A stretch of 64,000 nucleotides of DNA from contig CM059432.1 of NCBI GenBank assembly GCA_030390025.1, positions 79,858,001 to 79,922,000 of the forward strand. Direction: 5' to 3'. The notes under the pieces were generated by a model. That model saw only the letters and a list, made by a program, of their open reading frames with translations, was not told the origin of the DNA and did no database searches. The DNA comes from Squalus acanthias (taxonomy: Eukaryota). Of the stretch, positions 24,320-36,992 are shown in pieces. A program made the position numbers and the translations under genes. Every line of letters starts with the position of its first letter. Within the stretch, counting starts at the first letter, position 1.

Positions 24320-27300
24320 TATTCAAAGAAGAATTCAGCTTAATACAGGACCAGCATATATCCCTAAGGAACAAGAGCACTACTTACCAAATAAAACAAC
24401 CATGGTTGATAAAAGAAGCGAGTGATAACATACAACTAAAGGAAAGAGCATACAAAAGGGCCAAGAATAGTGTAGATCCAGGGGACTGGGAGAAATATAA
24501 AGAACAGCAAAAGAAGACAACAAAAATAGCAAGAGCTGCAAAAAGAGAATACAAAAAGAAACTTGCGAGAGAGATCAAGATTAACACAAAAGTTTTTACA
24601 ATTATATTAGAAGAAAATGGGTAGTCCAGAGTAATGTGGGCCCTTTACAACAAATGGGGGTAATATTGCAAATGAAAATAAGGAAATGGCAGACTTGTTG
24701 AATAATTACTTTGAGTCAGTCTTCATAGTAGAGGAAGAGGATAATATACCTGACAGTCCAGGGAAACTAATACTGAATCAAGAACTGGAACTCACTAAAG
24801 TTGATAAAAGCAAGAATTTTTTTTCATAGAAAAAATTGCACTAAAAACTGAAAAATTACACAGGACCTGATGGTTTCCACCCCAGGGTTTTAAAGGAAGT
24901 AGGTGAGGAAATTGCAGATGGTTTAGCCATAATCTTCCAAAGCACACTCAATTCAGGAACTGTCTCTTTAGTTTGGAATATTGCAAATGTAGCTCCATTA
25001 TTTAAGAAAGGTGAGAGAGAGAAACCAGGAAATTATAGACCTGTTAGTCCAACATCTGTTGTGGGGAAGTTATTGGAATCTATAATTAAGGATAGAGTGA
25101 CTGAGCACTTGAGAAATTTCAGCTGATTAGAGAGAGCCAACATGGATTTGCAAAGGATAGGTCGTGTCAAACGAACCTAAAAGCACATGGGATTGGGGGG
25201 AAAGGTACCGACTTGGATCGAGAACTGGTTGGCAGACAGGAAGTAAAAAGTTGGAATAAATGGGTCTTTTTCCAAGTGGCAGGCAGTGACTAGTGGGGTA
25301 CCGCAGGGATCGGTGCTAGGACCCCAGCTATTCACAATATATATAAATGATCTAGACGAGGGAACTAGATGTAATATCTCCAAGTTTGCAGACGACACAA
25401 AGCTGGGTGGGCGTGTGTGCTGTGAGGAGGATGCAGAGAAACTCCAGTATGATTTGGACAGGTTGGGTGATTGGGCAGATGCATGGCAGATGCAGTATAA
25501 TGTGATAAATGCGAGGTTATCCACTTTGGTGGCAAAAACAGGAAGACAGATTATTATCTGAACGGCAATAGATTGGGAAAAGAGGAAGTGCAACGAGACC
25601 TGGGTGTCCTTATGCATCAGTCGCTGAAGGTAATCATGCAGGTGCAGCAGGCGGCTAAGGCGGCAAATGGTATGTTGGCCTTCATAGCGAGAGGATTCAA
25701 GTACAGGAGCAAGGATGTCTTGCTGCAGTTGTACAGGGTCTTGGTGCGACCACACCTCGAGTACTGTGTGCAGTTTTGGTCGCCTTATCTGAGGATGTTC
25801 TTGCCATGGAAGGAGTGCAGCAAAGATTCACCAGACTGATACCTGGGATGGCAGGAATGAATTATGAAGAGAGATTGGGTCGATTAGGCTTTTATTTGCT
25901 AGAGTTTAGAAGAATGAGAGGGGATCTCATTGAAACTTATAAAATTCTAACAGGACTAGACAGACTAGATGCAGAAAGGATGTTCCCGATGGCAGGGGAG
26001 TCCAGAACCAGGGGTCACAGTCTAAGGATAAAGGGTAAGCCATTTAAGACTGAGATGAGGAGGAATTTCTTCACCCAGAGAGTGGTGAACCTGTGGAATT
26101 CTCTACCACAGAAGGCAGTTGAGGCCAATTCATTAAATATATTCAAGAAGGAGTTAGATATATTTCTTAAGGCTAAGGGGATCAAGGGGTATGGGGAGAA
26201 AGCAGGGACAGGGTACTGAATTTGGACAATCAGCCATGACCTCATTAAATGGCGGAACAGGCTCGAGGGGCCGAATGGCCTAATCCTGCTCCTATCTTCT
26301 ATGTTTCTATGTTAATTACATTTTTTGAGGAAGTAACTAAAGTAATAGACAAGGGAATGCATATGGTTATATTTATAATGACTTCCAGAAGGCATTCGAT
26401 ACGGTTCCACATAAAAGACTGTTAGCTAAAATTAAAGCTCATGGAATTTTAAGGCAAATTATTGACCTGGTTAGGAGATTGGTTAGGTGGTAGAAGACAG
26501 AGAGTAGGGGTAATGGGTATGTACTCGAATTGGAAGGAAGTGATTAGTGGTGTCCCTCAAGGGTCTGTGCTGGGGCCTTAACTATTCACTATATTCATTA
26601 ATGATAACACAATAGAGAGCCATATATCCACAGTTTGGAGTTATAGTAAGTAGTGTAAGATGGGAGCATAAAATTACAAAGAGACATGGATAGATTAAAT
26701 GATTGGGCAAAACTGTGGCAGATGGATTTCAACACAGGCAAGTATGAAGTCATCAATTTTGGACCAAAAAAGGATAGATCCAAGTATTTTTTAAATGGTG
26801 AAACGCTCGGAACAGTGGAGGTTCAAAGAGATTTAGGGGTCCCTGTACACAGATCACTAAAATGTATGTCAGGTATAAAAAATAATCAAAAAGGCTAATG
26901 GAATGTTAGCAATAATAACTAGAGGGCTAGAATATAAAGGGGAGGACGTTTTGCTACAGCTATACAAAGTCCTGGTTAGACCACATCTGGAGTACTGTGT
27001 ACAGTTCTGAGCACCGCACCTTAGAAAGGATATATTGGCCTTGGCAGGAATACAGCGCAGACTCAGCAGAATGTTACCAGGGCTCCAAGGGTTAGATTAT
27101 GAAGAGAGATTATATAAACTAGGTTTCTATTCCCTGGAATATTGAAGGTTAAGGGGTGATTTAATTGAGATAGGATTTTGAACGGATTAAGATAGGGTGG
27201 AGAGAAACTTTTTCCACTGGTGGGGAAGTCCAAGACAAGGGAACATAACTTTAAAATCAGAGCCAGGCCATTCTGGAAAGAACTTAGGAAACACTTCTTG

Positions 27301-27487
27301 ACGCAAAGGGTGGTAGAAGTGTGGCACTCTCTCCCACAAAAAGCTGCAGATGCTACCTTAATTAATAATTTTAATTCTGGAGATCAATAAATTTTTGCTA
27401 GCCAAGGATATTAAGGGATATGGAGCCAAGGCTATGATCTCACTGAATGGGGCTCAAGGGGCTGAATGGCCTACTCCTGTTCCTATG
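24320..27487 (+). mobile_element. Older CR1 ORF2 remnant, host of 25180-26312
   Basis: QPWL, GPDGFHPRVLKE, PGNYRPVS motifs; the SCxTNL|I.FFEE motif is split at 25179/26313. Confidence 0.85.
25180..26312 (+). mobile_element. Young CR1 3' fragment, same subfamily as 58375-62847
   Basis: Near-identical to ~61716-62847; same C-terminus ...GYGEKAGTGY*; tail cttctatgtttctatgt. Confidence 0.9.
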
Positions 27488-29284
27488 AGACTCCTCAAAT
27501 TTGTTTCCAAATTGGGCACTTACAGTAGAGATATTCAGTTTATTAGTCTAGATTGCATTCTAACCAAGCTTCCAGAGGTAAAACAACAGTGCACTAAACT
27601 GCTGTACCACCTAGTCCCATACATTTATTCTCTTCTAAAATTTTTAAACATTATTGGGAAACTAATTTAGAACAACAACTACTGTGACTGACGGTATGTG
27701 AGCTGAATTAACATGCAGAGTTGAATGACATTCATTAAAGCACTGAGTTACTTTTTGGATCTAGGGGTAATTCAGTTTCTTCACATTGTTGGAGACAGTA
27801 ACACCAGTTCAGTGTTCAATTCACACTTATTTATAAAATCAATCTATATTATTAAAAACCTCATCTCTATATGAATGTATATGAATGTATATCTAGTGTT
27901 AAGCAAACAGATTGCAGAATCGCAAATCAACAAGATTGCAGAACCAATCAAATTTCACAGAACACTGTCCCTTTGACCAATCATATCCCAAAACCAATTA
28001 TATCCCAGAACTATATAACGAGGGACCAATTAAATCCCTGAATCGTTCTGCAATGTCACTGCTAAATGGTCAATTTTGTGACTGAACTATTCAAATTATA
28101 GGAAAAAACTTCTGTGGCACAGAATCACAACAGGTAAAAATAAAAACATTCAAGACAAAATTAAAACTATCCATTCCATCTTCCAATCAGTCCAACAATT
28201 CCCCTCCCCCCCCCACCACCACGTACAGTCCAAGGTACCCCATTGGGCCTTGCTGACTGCCTGAACCCTGGGTACACCCTTCCTTGGTAGTAGATAGTAA
28301 CAAAGCTGCTCACAACTCTGTACTCAATGGACCAGCCCAAACAAGGACCACTGTGAAGAATACGCATGCAGATCCCAGATATCCCAGAACTGTGTTGCTC
28401 TTTGCTCCGCACGGAATGCTTCCTGCTGATTTCTCTGGCCTAAATCTTTCATGCTCCCTGTTCAGTCTAAGCCTTTCCCTTGCTTCCAACCTCCCTCTTG
28501 CCTGGATGTATCCAGAGATGTTCTCCAATTGAATTGCATCTGAAGTTTGGCACAGTGTGCTAAATGCTACATTCACCCTGTCCCTCACAGGATAGTCAAG
28601 GAAACGAGGTAAACACTGGTGCCTGCAGATGCTTCAGAGTTCTTTTGATACTGTTCTCTCTGCTCTGCATGAAAGTAATCTAGAACAATGACATGGGAGA
28701 TCCACCAATTATTCATTTAATAAAGACAGAAAGATGATTACAAGATCACCTATTAAAGTGAACTAACTATGCTCACATTGGGTTAGTGTTTGCAAATATT
28801 AAAAATTGTAACTAACATTGTAGACCCTAAATTTTCACAATGAGTGGATAAGCTGAAGGAATGGTCTTGTTGCATGAACTTTGCAAAGAAAATCTACCAT
28901 TTCAATAATAATTTTTTTTTGTTCAACCATACTGAGTTTTCAAAGCATCCAGTAATGGCAAAGCAGATGATTATCACTACAACTTTCATTAAAAGTCTCC
29001 AAAAGAGACGGTGGCAGGAGGAGATTACAGGCAATAGCATAACGAAATGATCAACATGACATTTTAAGAAGCAGCTTGTCCTGTATTATCAAAGAGGACA
29101 ATCCATGGTGAGCTAATTATTTTTGAATATAATACTGTTTATTTCATTGAAGAACTTTATTCTTCACCTGAAAGCTGTAGTACATGATTCCCACTTTAGA
29201 AAATGTCAGTAAGAATAAATATTTTGTAAAAATTGTTGTATGCACTGTGCTGGTGCAACCTTTGATGTTACTGAACAGGATGAC

Positions 29285-30448
29285 TTTGGTCCGTCACATC
29301 AGTTCTGACAATGCCACTTTCCATACTCGTGCTTCCGATAGGTCTTCCTTTTTCCTCAACTGAGGATTCCCCTCTACCATGGTTGACATAGCCCTCGAAT
29401 GTGTTCATTCCATTTCCCGCACTTCTGCTCTCACTCCTTCCCCTCCCTCCCAGAACCACAATAGAGTTCCCCTTGTCCTCACCTTTCACCCCATCAGCCT
29501 CCACATTCAACGGATCATCCTCCGCCATTTACGCCACCTCCAGCATGATCCCACCACCAAACACATCTTCGCCTCACCTTTCAGCATTCCGAAGGAACCA
29601 TTCCCTCTGCGACACCCTGGTCCACTCCTCAATCACCCCCAACACCCCCTCCCCTTCCCACGGCACCTTCCCGTGCAAGCTCAGGAGATGCAACAACTGC
29701 CCTTTTACCTTCTCCCTTCCCACCGTCCAGGGCCCAAAACACTCCTTCCAGGTGAAACAGCGATTTTCTTGTACTTCTTGCAACTTAGTATACTATATTC
29801 GCTGCTCACGATGTGGTCTTCTCTACATTGGAGAGACCAAACGCAGATTGGGTGACCGCTTTGCAGAACACCTCCGTTCAGTCCGCAAGCGTGACCCCAA
29901 GCTTCCAGTCGCCTGTCACTTTAATTCTCTGCTCCACGCCCACTCTGACCTCGGCCTCTTACACTGTTCCAATGAAGCTCAACGTAAGCTCAAGGAACAG
30001 CACTTCATCTTTCGATTAGGTACTTTACAGCCTTCTGGACTCAACATCGAGTTCAACAATTTAGACCATAACCTCTGCCCCTATTTTTTCAGATGGCAGC
30101 TGTTGATGATTCTGCCATTCCCATTTACACCTCTTCTAGACCCATCTTTTGTTTCTTTACTTGTCCCATTACCATCTCCTTTTGCTTTGTACAATCATAC
30201 CTTTTGTCATTTAATCTCTCCTACCTTCCATCCCATCACAGATCTTCCCTTTTGTTCTTTCATCCCCTCCTCCCTTTCCCTGCCCCTGCACTTGTTTAAA
30301 ATCGGTTACATCTCTAACATTTTCCAGTTCTGACAAACGGTCATCGACCTGAAACGTTAACTCTATTTCTCTCTCCACAGATGCTGAGTATTCCCAGCAT
30401 TTTCTGTTTTTAGTTCAGATTTCCAGTATCCGCAGAATTTTGCTTTAG
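29285..30448 (+). mobile_element. Penelope-like element (family 2): RT-linker remnant, GIY-YIG domain, 3' region
   Basis: GTFPCKLRRCNNC..FSCTSCNLVYYIRCSRCGLLYIGETKRRLGDRFAEH...EQHFIFRLGTLQPSGLN; mutated hammerhead-like motif at ~30329-30360. Confidence 0.9.
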
Positions 30449-31202
30449 CATGACTTTGGTGTTGCGGAAGGCAACCTAATGTATAGTCTGACCCCTGGTT
30501 ACAGTTTCCCCCCATATGCAAGATATTATAGACCCTTGAATTTTATTTGTTCAGCTATTCTGCCCTCTTTTCCTAATTCTCTGCGATGTTCTATGTACAT
30601 GTAAAAGAGGAGTGTGGGAGATCGGCTTCCAAGACATCAATTCTGTGCAGAAAACCAGGGCCAGGAGGATTTCAAGAGCAGCGTCCACTTTCTCTCTAGT
30701 TTTCCCTTCCTTCCTGTAGGAATGCACCATTCTTCCATTCAGCATCTCTTCACATGACTAAAACTGGATAATTAACAGTGTGGAGGATCGTAGGTGTCAA
30801 TCTACATTGTACCACTCCAATGCATCGAGCCTTAGGCTCCAATATTAGAAACACTTTTCTATTGCTTTTAATGAGACAAAGTTAACATTGATCTATACAA
30901 GCAAGGATTGCCACATTACAAAATCTAGGATATGGTTTAACATTATGTTTGCTTGCACTTCTCATCTACAAAACCTTACTCCCCGTTAACTTTTCCCAAT
31001 ATAAATTACAATATCCAAATTTATAATGGAAAGTGCCTATGTAAACTTATACTGTAATTACACTCTCCTGCCAGCAGTAGCACTGTAGAGCCTCTCCCAA
31101 CTCCTCAACCTATACTGCAGAGAAAGTCCTACACTCCAACCAATTTTAATTCTTTGTATCCCAAATTGTTCCAAGTTTTACTATTTAATTATAAATAATA
31201 AT

Positions 31203-32289
31203 AGCCCGGATTTTGCGGTCAGTGTTGAAGGGACGGCACTCGCCGCTGACCTCGAAAAAAGCTACCAAGAATGATTTATCAGGCTCTAGACAGTAGATTT
31301 CCTAATTTACGACGTCACTTTGAATTTGGCGCCATCTATAGGGGATCTGTGGCAACAGGGCAAGCAGCAGGCAGGCTGATCAGCCAATCGGATTGAAGAA
31401 GTCTCAGACATCAAGCAGAAAGTAAAAAGCAGGGAATATAATTCACATTTAAATCATTGTACAGAAAGCGAAATAAGATTGGGACATACACGAGATTAAG
31501 GGAGAGGCTTCAATATCATAAAACAATCTTTAAAAAAATAAAATGAAAATTAATTCTTATTTTAAAATCTGCAATTTTTAAATGTTCTTCTGAGGGAATG
31601 ACACTCCACACTTCTAAAATTAGTTCTTCAAGGCCAGAGAGGTTGTTCAGCAGTATTACAGTATGCCGTTAAAAACTCAGTTACTCCTGATTGAACAAGG
31701 CTCAACACTTTCATATTGGGCCTTTTGCTATACCCATTTACACCTCGTCTAGGCCTATCTTTTGTTTCTTTACTTGTCCCATTACCATCGCTTTTGCTTT
31801 GTACAATCATGTCTTTTAATCTCTCCTAACTTCCACCCCATCACAGACCTTCCTTTTTATTCTTTCCTCCCCTCACCTTTCCCTGCCCCTGCACTTGCTT
31901 AAAATCTGTTACATCGCTAACTTTTTCCAGTTCCGACGAAAGGTCATCGACCTGAAACGTTAACTGTTTCTCTCTCCACAGATGCTGCCTGACCTGCTGA
32001 GTATTTCCAGCATTTTCTGGTTTTATTTCAATGTTTTCATTGTTCTTTTACAGCAAAAATAGCACATAAATAGTTGAAGCTCATGTAAAATCAGTGATTC
32101 TGTGTTGATTCCATCTGTAAAGACTGCAACAGTGCACCCTGTGGAGGAGCAGGGTATCTCTGACAGCAACTTCTGGATTTCCGCGTTTAACTGCTCATGT
32201 GTGGACGCCAGAAATTGCTGTCAGTTTTACACAGTAATGATGGCAAGCGCTGACAGTTTCACCACCATTACAACCGCAAATTCCGGCCC
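31203..32289. mobile_element. Harbinger-like MITE containing a Penelope family-2 3' fragment (~31731-32030)
   Basis: TIRs agcccggattttgcggt / accgcaaattccggccc; the nested part matches 30118-30420. Confidence 0.7.
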
Positions 32290-33099
32290 ATAATAAAATC
32301 AAAGTATTGCACAAAATAAGGGCAGAATGGACGACTTTAAAATGGGAACTAAATTATATTTGTACACCCTGGTCCAATTATCCCCCACTCTCTAACCCCC
32401 ACTTCATTTGAAGATTACACTGTCTTGACTCCCCATAGGCAAATAAATAATAATTAGTTATTATATTGTCCACAAATCTTACTGCCTGTTGTCGTAATTT
32501 TTGGTCAAGCTTGTGTATCAAAATGTCCCATTGTAAATTGCTAGGTGAACATTTCCCATTCAATTTTGCTATGTCAAATGTCATTATATAGTTGCAGGCT
32601 CTGGTCACTAGGTTTATATGGAGCAAGTTTCTGAAGTCTCTCCCCCAAATCTGTCACAACCTTGTATAAATAAAACATATTCATCAACTGAGTGGGCAAT
32701 TTACTAATATTTATACATGATACAAAATATATACAACATATAAAATATATTTATACACATTAGTTTGAGGTAATAGCGTTATTTACATAAACTGATGGAT
32801 AAATTATTTAGCTAGAATCGAGCTCGATTTACTATTTGCAGTTAGAGTGTAATCATATCACCTTTACTGAAAAAAAATTCTTATTGTAGTCAACACCTTT
32901 AATCTGTTTCTGTAAATAAAAGTGCTGCTCATTTCAAATTTGAAACAATAGCCTTGAGTAATATGCCAAGATGATATCTCGAACAACTGACAAATTAATA
33001 TTTTGAATTTCTCTATTTGTATCAAGAAAACCCTAAAAGCAATTTTGTTACTGCTAGAAAAACTACTACTTTTTAAAATCATTAAACTTTTATATTGAG

Positions 33100-33430
33100 T
33101 AAAGAAAGAGAAACTGTTTCCAATGGCTGAAGGGTCGATAACCAGAGGGCACAGATTTAAAGTGATTGGCAAAAGAACCAGAGGTGACGAGGAAAAACTT
33201 CTTTACGCAATGAGTGGTTAGGATTTGGAAAGCACTGCCCGCTAGGGTGGTGGAAACAGATTCAATAGTAGTTTTCAAAAGGAAATTGGATAAATAGTTG
33301 AAGGAGAAAAATTGTAGGGATATGGGGAAAGAGCAGGGGTGTGGGACTAATTGGATTGCTCTTCAAAAGAGCCGCCGCAGACTCAATGGGCCGAATGGCC
33401 TCCTGTGCAGTACTATTCTGTGATTCTATG
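33100..33430 (+). mobile_element. CR1 3' end fragment
   Basis: TRGHRFKVIGKR, FFTQ, 3'UTR aatgggccgaatggcctcc and tail attctgtgattctat. Confidence 0.82.
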
Positions 33431-34799
33431 TCCTCGCTGGCCCAAGCTGGCTCCCTGTAATTCAATTTATTAAATATAAATTCATCGTTCTCATCTTCAA
33501 ATCCCTTCGCAGCCTTGCCCCACTCCTTCTGTACTATTCTATGATTCTATACTCCATAAAAGCGTAATTGTGTGGTAACTACAAGTAGTACAATGCTCTG
33601 ACCTTACCTACCAGTAAATTATTTTTTCTGGTCAGAGGAGTTTTCTCCAGTCCTAACAGGACTAGAAACAAATCAATGGGTTGACCAGTAGGGAATATAT
33701 TAGATGTCATCTTTCCATTTGCGAGACAGCTCCTAACTCAGTTAGAAACTGGTCAATATCAAGGTTGACATAAGTTTTAAGGTATATATTTATAAGGTTG
33801 TGCATTAATGTAGAACAACACACATGCTGCAGATTGTTACTAGGCAACTGAGCTCAAATGACATCAGAAATTGCAAAATCAGGTTTGAGCAGATAATTGT
33901 TATCTTAATCTAGAATTAAGGCAACTGCTTGTAAATCACCACCACAGAATATTTTTTAAATAACTGGGAAATCTCCATGGCATTGCTCATGTTGAGTGAG
34001 GACACACTGGTGTAAATTTTCATCTTTGCCTGAGAACTCCCCCAGCACACCTGCTTGACGTAGGGTCATGGACAATAGATCCACCATGGCCTCCCTGATA
34101 GGTATTTAAAGGTTCAATCAAATGGGGCAAGATCCACCCCATTCCCCCTTCAGCGTAAATGTGACTTATGCCCTATCCAGTCCCTGGAATTTTGGGACCA
34201 TAATATATGCAGTTTGATGGATTGATTTGTTATTCTATTTTCTCTCTCAAATTTCAAGACATTATTATTTGAATCCCCAGGATGTACTTTGCCCTTAACA
34301 TACCCTCCAGCTTGTGCTATTCTACAAAACACACACTGGTTGACTTGTATGGCATTTCTTTAAGTTTTTTGGTAATCGTTGGGTGTCATAGTGGGCAACA
34401 ATAATTGGCAGATTCACATGGCTACAATTGCAATCACTTTTAAATTGCATATTATAGAGAAATAGCAAACACTGCATATATAATATACGTTTACACAAAG
34501 CATCTTCTCATCACTACAATTAGAATTGAAAGCGATTGAAATTAATATCACAAGGAATTGTAGAGTAAAACCAGCATCTTACCACTATTATACCACATCA
34601 TTGTGCAAATATACTGTGCCAGAGACGCTGATGAGCGTACTTCTTTTCAAACATTTGGCATTATCGATTGCTTCCAACATGAATTTTCATGACTGTAGTT
34701 ATGATGTAAGTCAATTTCTCAGGCCATTTCTACTGTTCCTGTGGTGGTGGTAATGTACGGCTAATTTCATGACAACGTTATTAGAGAAACATTACACAC

Positions 34800-34968
34800 C
34801 TGCTTTCCATAGTGCAGTCCTCTGTTCATTGTTAGAATTAAAGGACTTAGCAAATCGATGAGACTCGAGTAGGCAGTCCAGAAGTTTGAAAAGCTGTTTT
34901 GAAGTTAGGTAGTGATACATTCCCTGGTCTTGTTTTTCAACATGTACATCAGTGTCTATTGCATCTCT
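34800..34968 (-). CDS. ARFGEF1: ARFGEF1 coding exon
   Basis: ttgcag|AGAGAT...AAAGCAG|gtgtgt; 169 nt; [56 protein letters not shown]. Confidence 0.96.
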
Positions 34969-36115
34969 CTGCAAATGGTAAAGGAAAGCATTGAATTTGC
35001 TTATTCTCATTATCAGTTCTGAACTTACACGTTAACACAACACTTCCTAAGTCTTTGAACAGCAACACAAAGTAAGATTGAGATGTCCCAATGAGTGGAG
35101 TGTTCATAACCTCCACTATACACCACTAAGTCACACCACAGAACTAGGAACTAGAGCCCCTATTTTCTGAAAGTGGCAAAAATACAGTCTAGCTGTACTA
35201 GCAGCCAATGGGCAGGCCATGCCGAATTTCCAGATCAGGCGCTCTCCCCCCATTTCCTAATTTGAATAGGTTAATGGCACATGAAATCCTTACCTAGAAT
35301 GCTTGGCTTGTAGCACACTTGGCTGCAGAGTACAAAATTCAATGAGCCAGCAGCTCTTAAACAGCTACAGCTTGCTCCAGGGTAAGTTGTGGTGGTGACA
35401 TAAAAGTTGACTAATTATTAACAACGTGGGCAACACTGTTACCTTTGATGCTGAAGGGTTGGAGGTACGGTTGCAGGAGGTATACCAAAGAAATAAATAA
35501 GAACTTCCATTTATAAACCATATTTCACATCATCAGGACGTCCCAAAGTGCTTCACAGCTAATGAAGTATGCTTCATCGATAATGGATACTGATGTGTAG
35601 AATTATATTTCTATTGCTAGATTCCATCTGACTATGAGTGCAAACCCTTGCTGTTCATGTAGGCCATGAGATTGAAATAAGGAACCCTGATGCCCACATG
35701 GCTGTCGTCTACAATGCCTTGCACTCGAGGGAACCCTGCCACCTGGTGAAAGCTCCAAGCCCTGTACAGCTGATGCCTCCCTTCCCTATTGAAAGGGAAG
35801 AAGGTGTTGACCTAGCAAACAGAATTGGTCACTTGTTTGATTCTAGCGTGCACTGTGGCACATATCCCCAGTGGTGGCTTGGAAGGATCAGGTTGCTCAA
35901 AAGTTAAAGCTGTGGTAACCTACACTTCTATAGGAACAGCTATCCCTGTTCCACATGTCTGCAGGTCATCCTGCAGCAGATGGTGCAACTCTATGATAAT
36001 TTGGTTTGTGAAGTGGTGGCAGTGAAAACCGGTCCCCTCGGACACATCCAGGTAAATATGGAGGTATGTATAAATGGAGGCCTAGGAGTAATGACAGGTG
36101 CGGATAAAACACCTC

Positions 36116-36992
36116 GGGGGAGAAATTCAGTATCGCCCCATTTGGGGCGCAATTATCGGCCGGGCGCAAAGATTAGCGCCTGGCGCTAATTACCGCCTCC
36201 GACTGCAAACTTGACTTTTATCGCCCCTGGAGGTGATTGGAGCGCTAAATCAGGCGCTACACATCTGTCTTAAGGCGCAAAGGCCGAGGAGCGAGGCGCT
36301 AACTCAGAGCGCTGGCGAAGCTCATGTGATGTCAGTCAGCAATGGAACACAGACACAATGGCGCCGGCCAGTTCTTAAAGGGGAGGGTTGATCTTGCTTT
36401 CCATCCACATCCTGCTCATTGCAGCCTTGAATCTCGGCCTGGAGAGACCTGTACATCAAATCTGCTGGAAAGAACAATGGAAAGAACCAGGGAAAGAGCT
36501 CAGAGTGCAGCCCCCACAGTCTCTTATAAACCGATACAAGGAAGGGCAAATCAAAATGAACCTGCAAAGTGCTGCTCAGTACCCAAAACTCCTTCACACA
36601 GCGTTGAATCCCTCCAGAAGTCTCTCTCTCTCTCTCTCTCTCTCTCAGAATGCATGGTTCAAAAATGTCCAACAAAAAAAGGCAGGAAGCAGTCGCCTTT
36701 AAATAGCGCTCCCCCAGTCCCTTCCTGACTGCAAAACGCTCCCATCAACCTGTCATTGCTAGTGGCAGGCGGTAAGGCAGGGGGCGCCACTCAATATCCG
36801 CTCCGGGGCGCTGCGCACTCGACTGACGTCATGATCTGCCGGCGCAGGAGATCGTGGCAGTAGTGTTTAGCGCCGCCGCAAAATGTCTAGTTAATTTCGC
36901 GAGCGGCGCAAGCATCGCCGCGCCCGGGCGCTAGTTGCTTTGCGCCCCATTAAGGCGCTAACGGGAGGCGCAACCAACTGAATTTTTCCCCC
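36116..36992. mobile_element. Harbinger-like non-autonomous transposon, GGGG-terminal family, copy 1
   Basis: TIRs gggggagaaattcagt / actgaatttttccccc; ~3-bp TSD (ctc or tcg); homologous over its full length to 42872-43765. Confidence 0.78.
36620..36646. repeat. (TC)n microsatellite inside the MITE
   Basis: About 13 TC units; shorter and interrupted in copy 2. Confidence 0.9.

Noticed and set aside
36322..36728. 128-aa ORF repeated at 43098-43484, suggesting a duplicated gene
   Set aside because: Lies inside two copies of one TIR element and crosses a microsatellite; no recognisable domain, and the similarity is explained by DNA-level homology.
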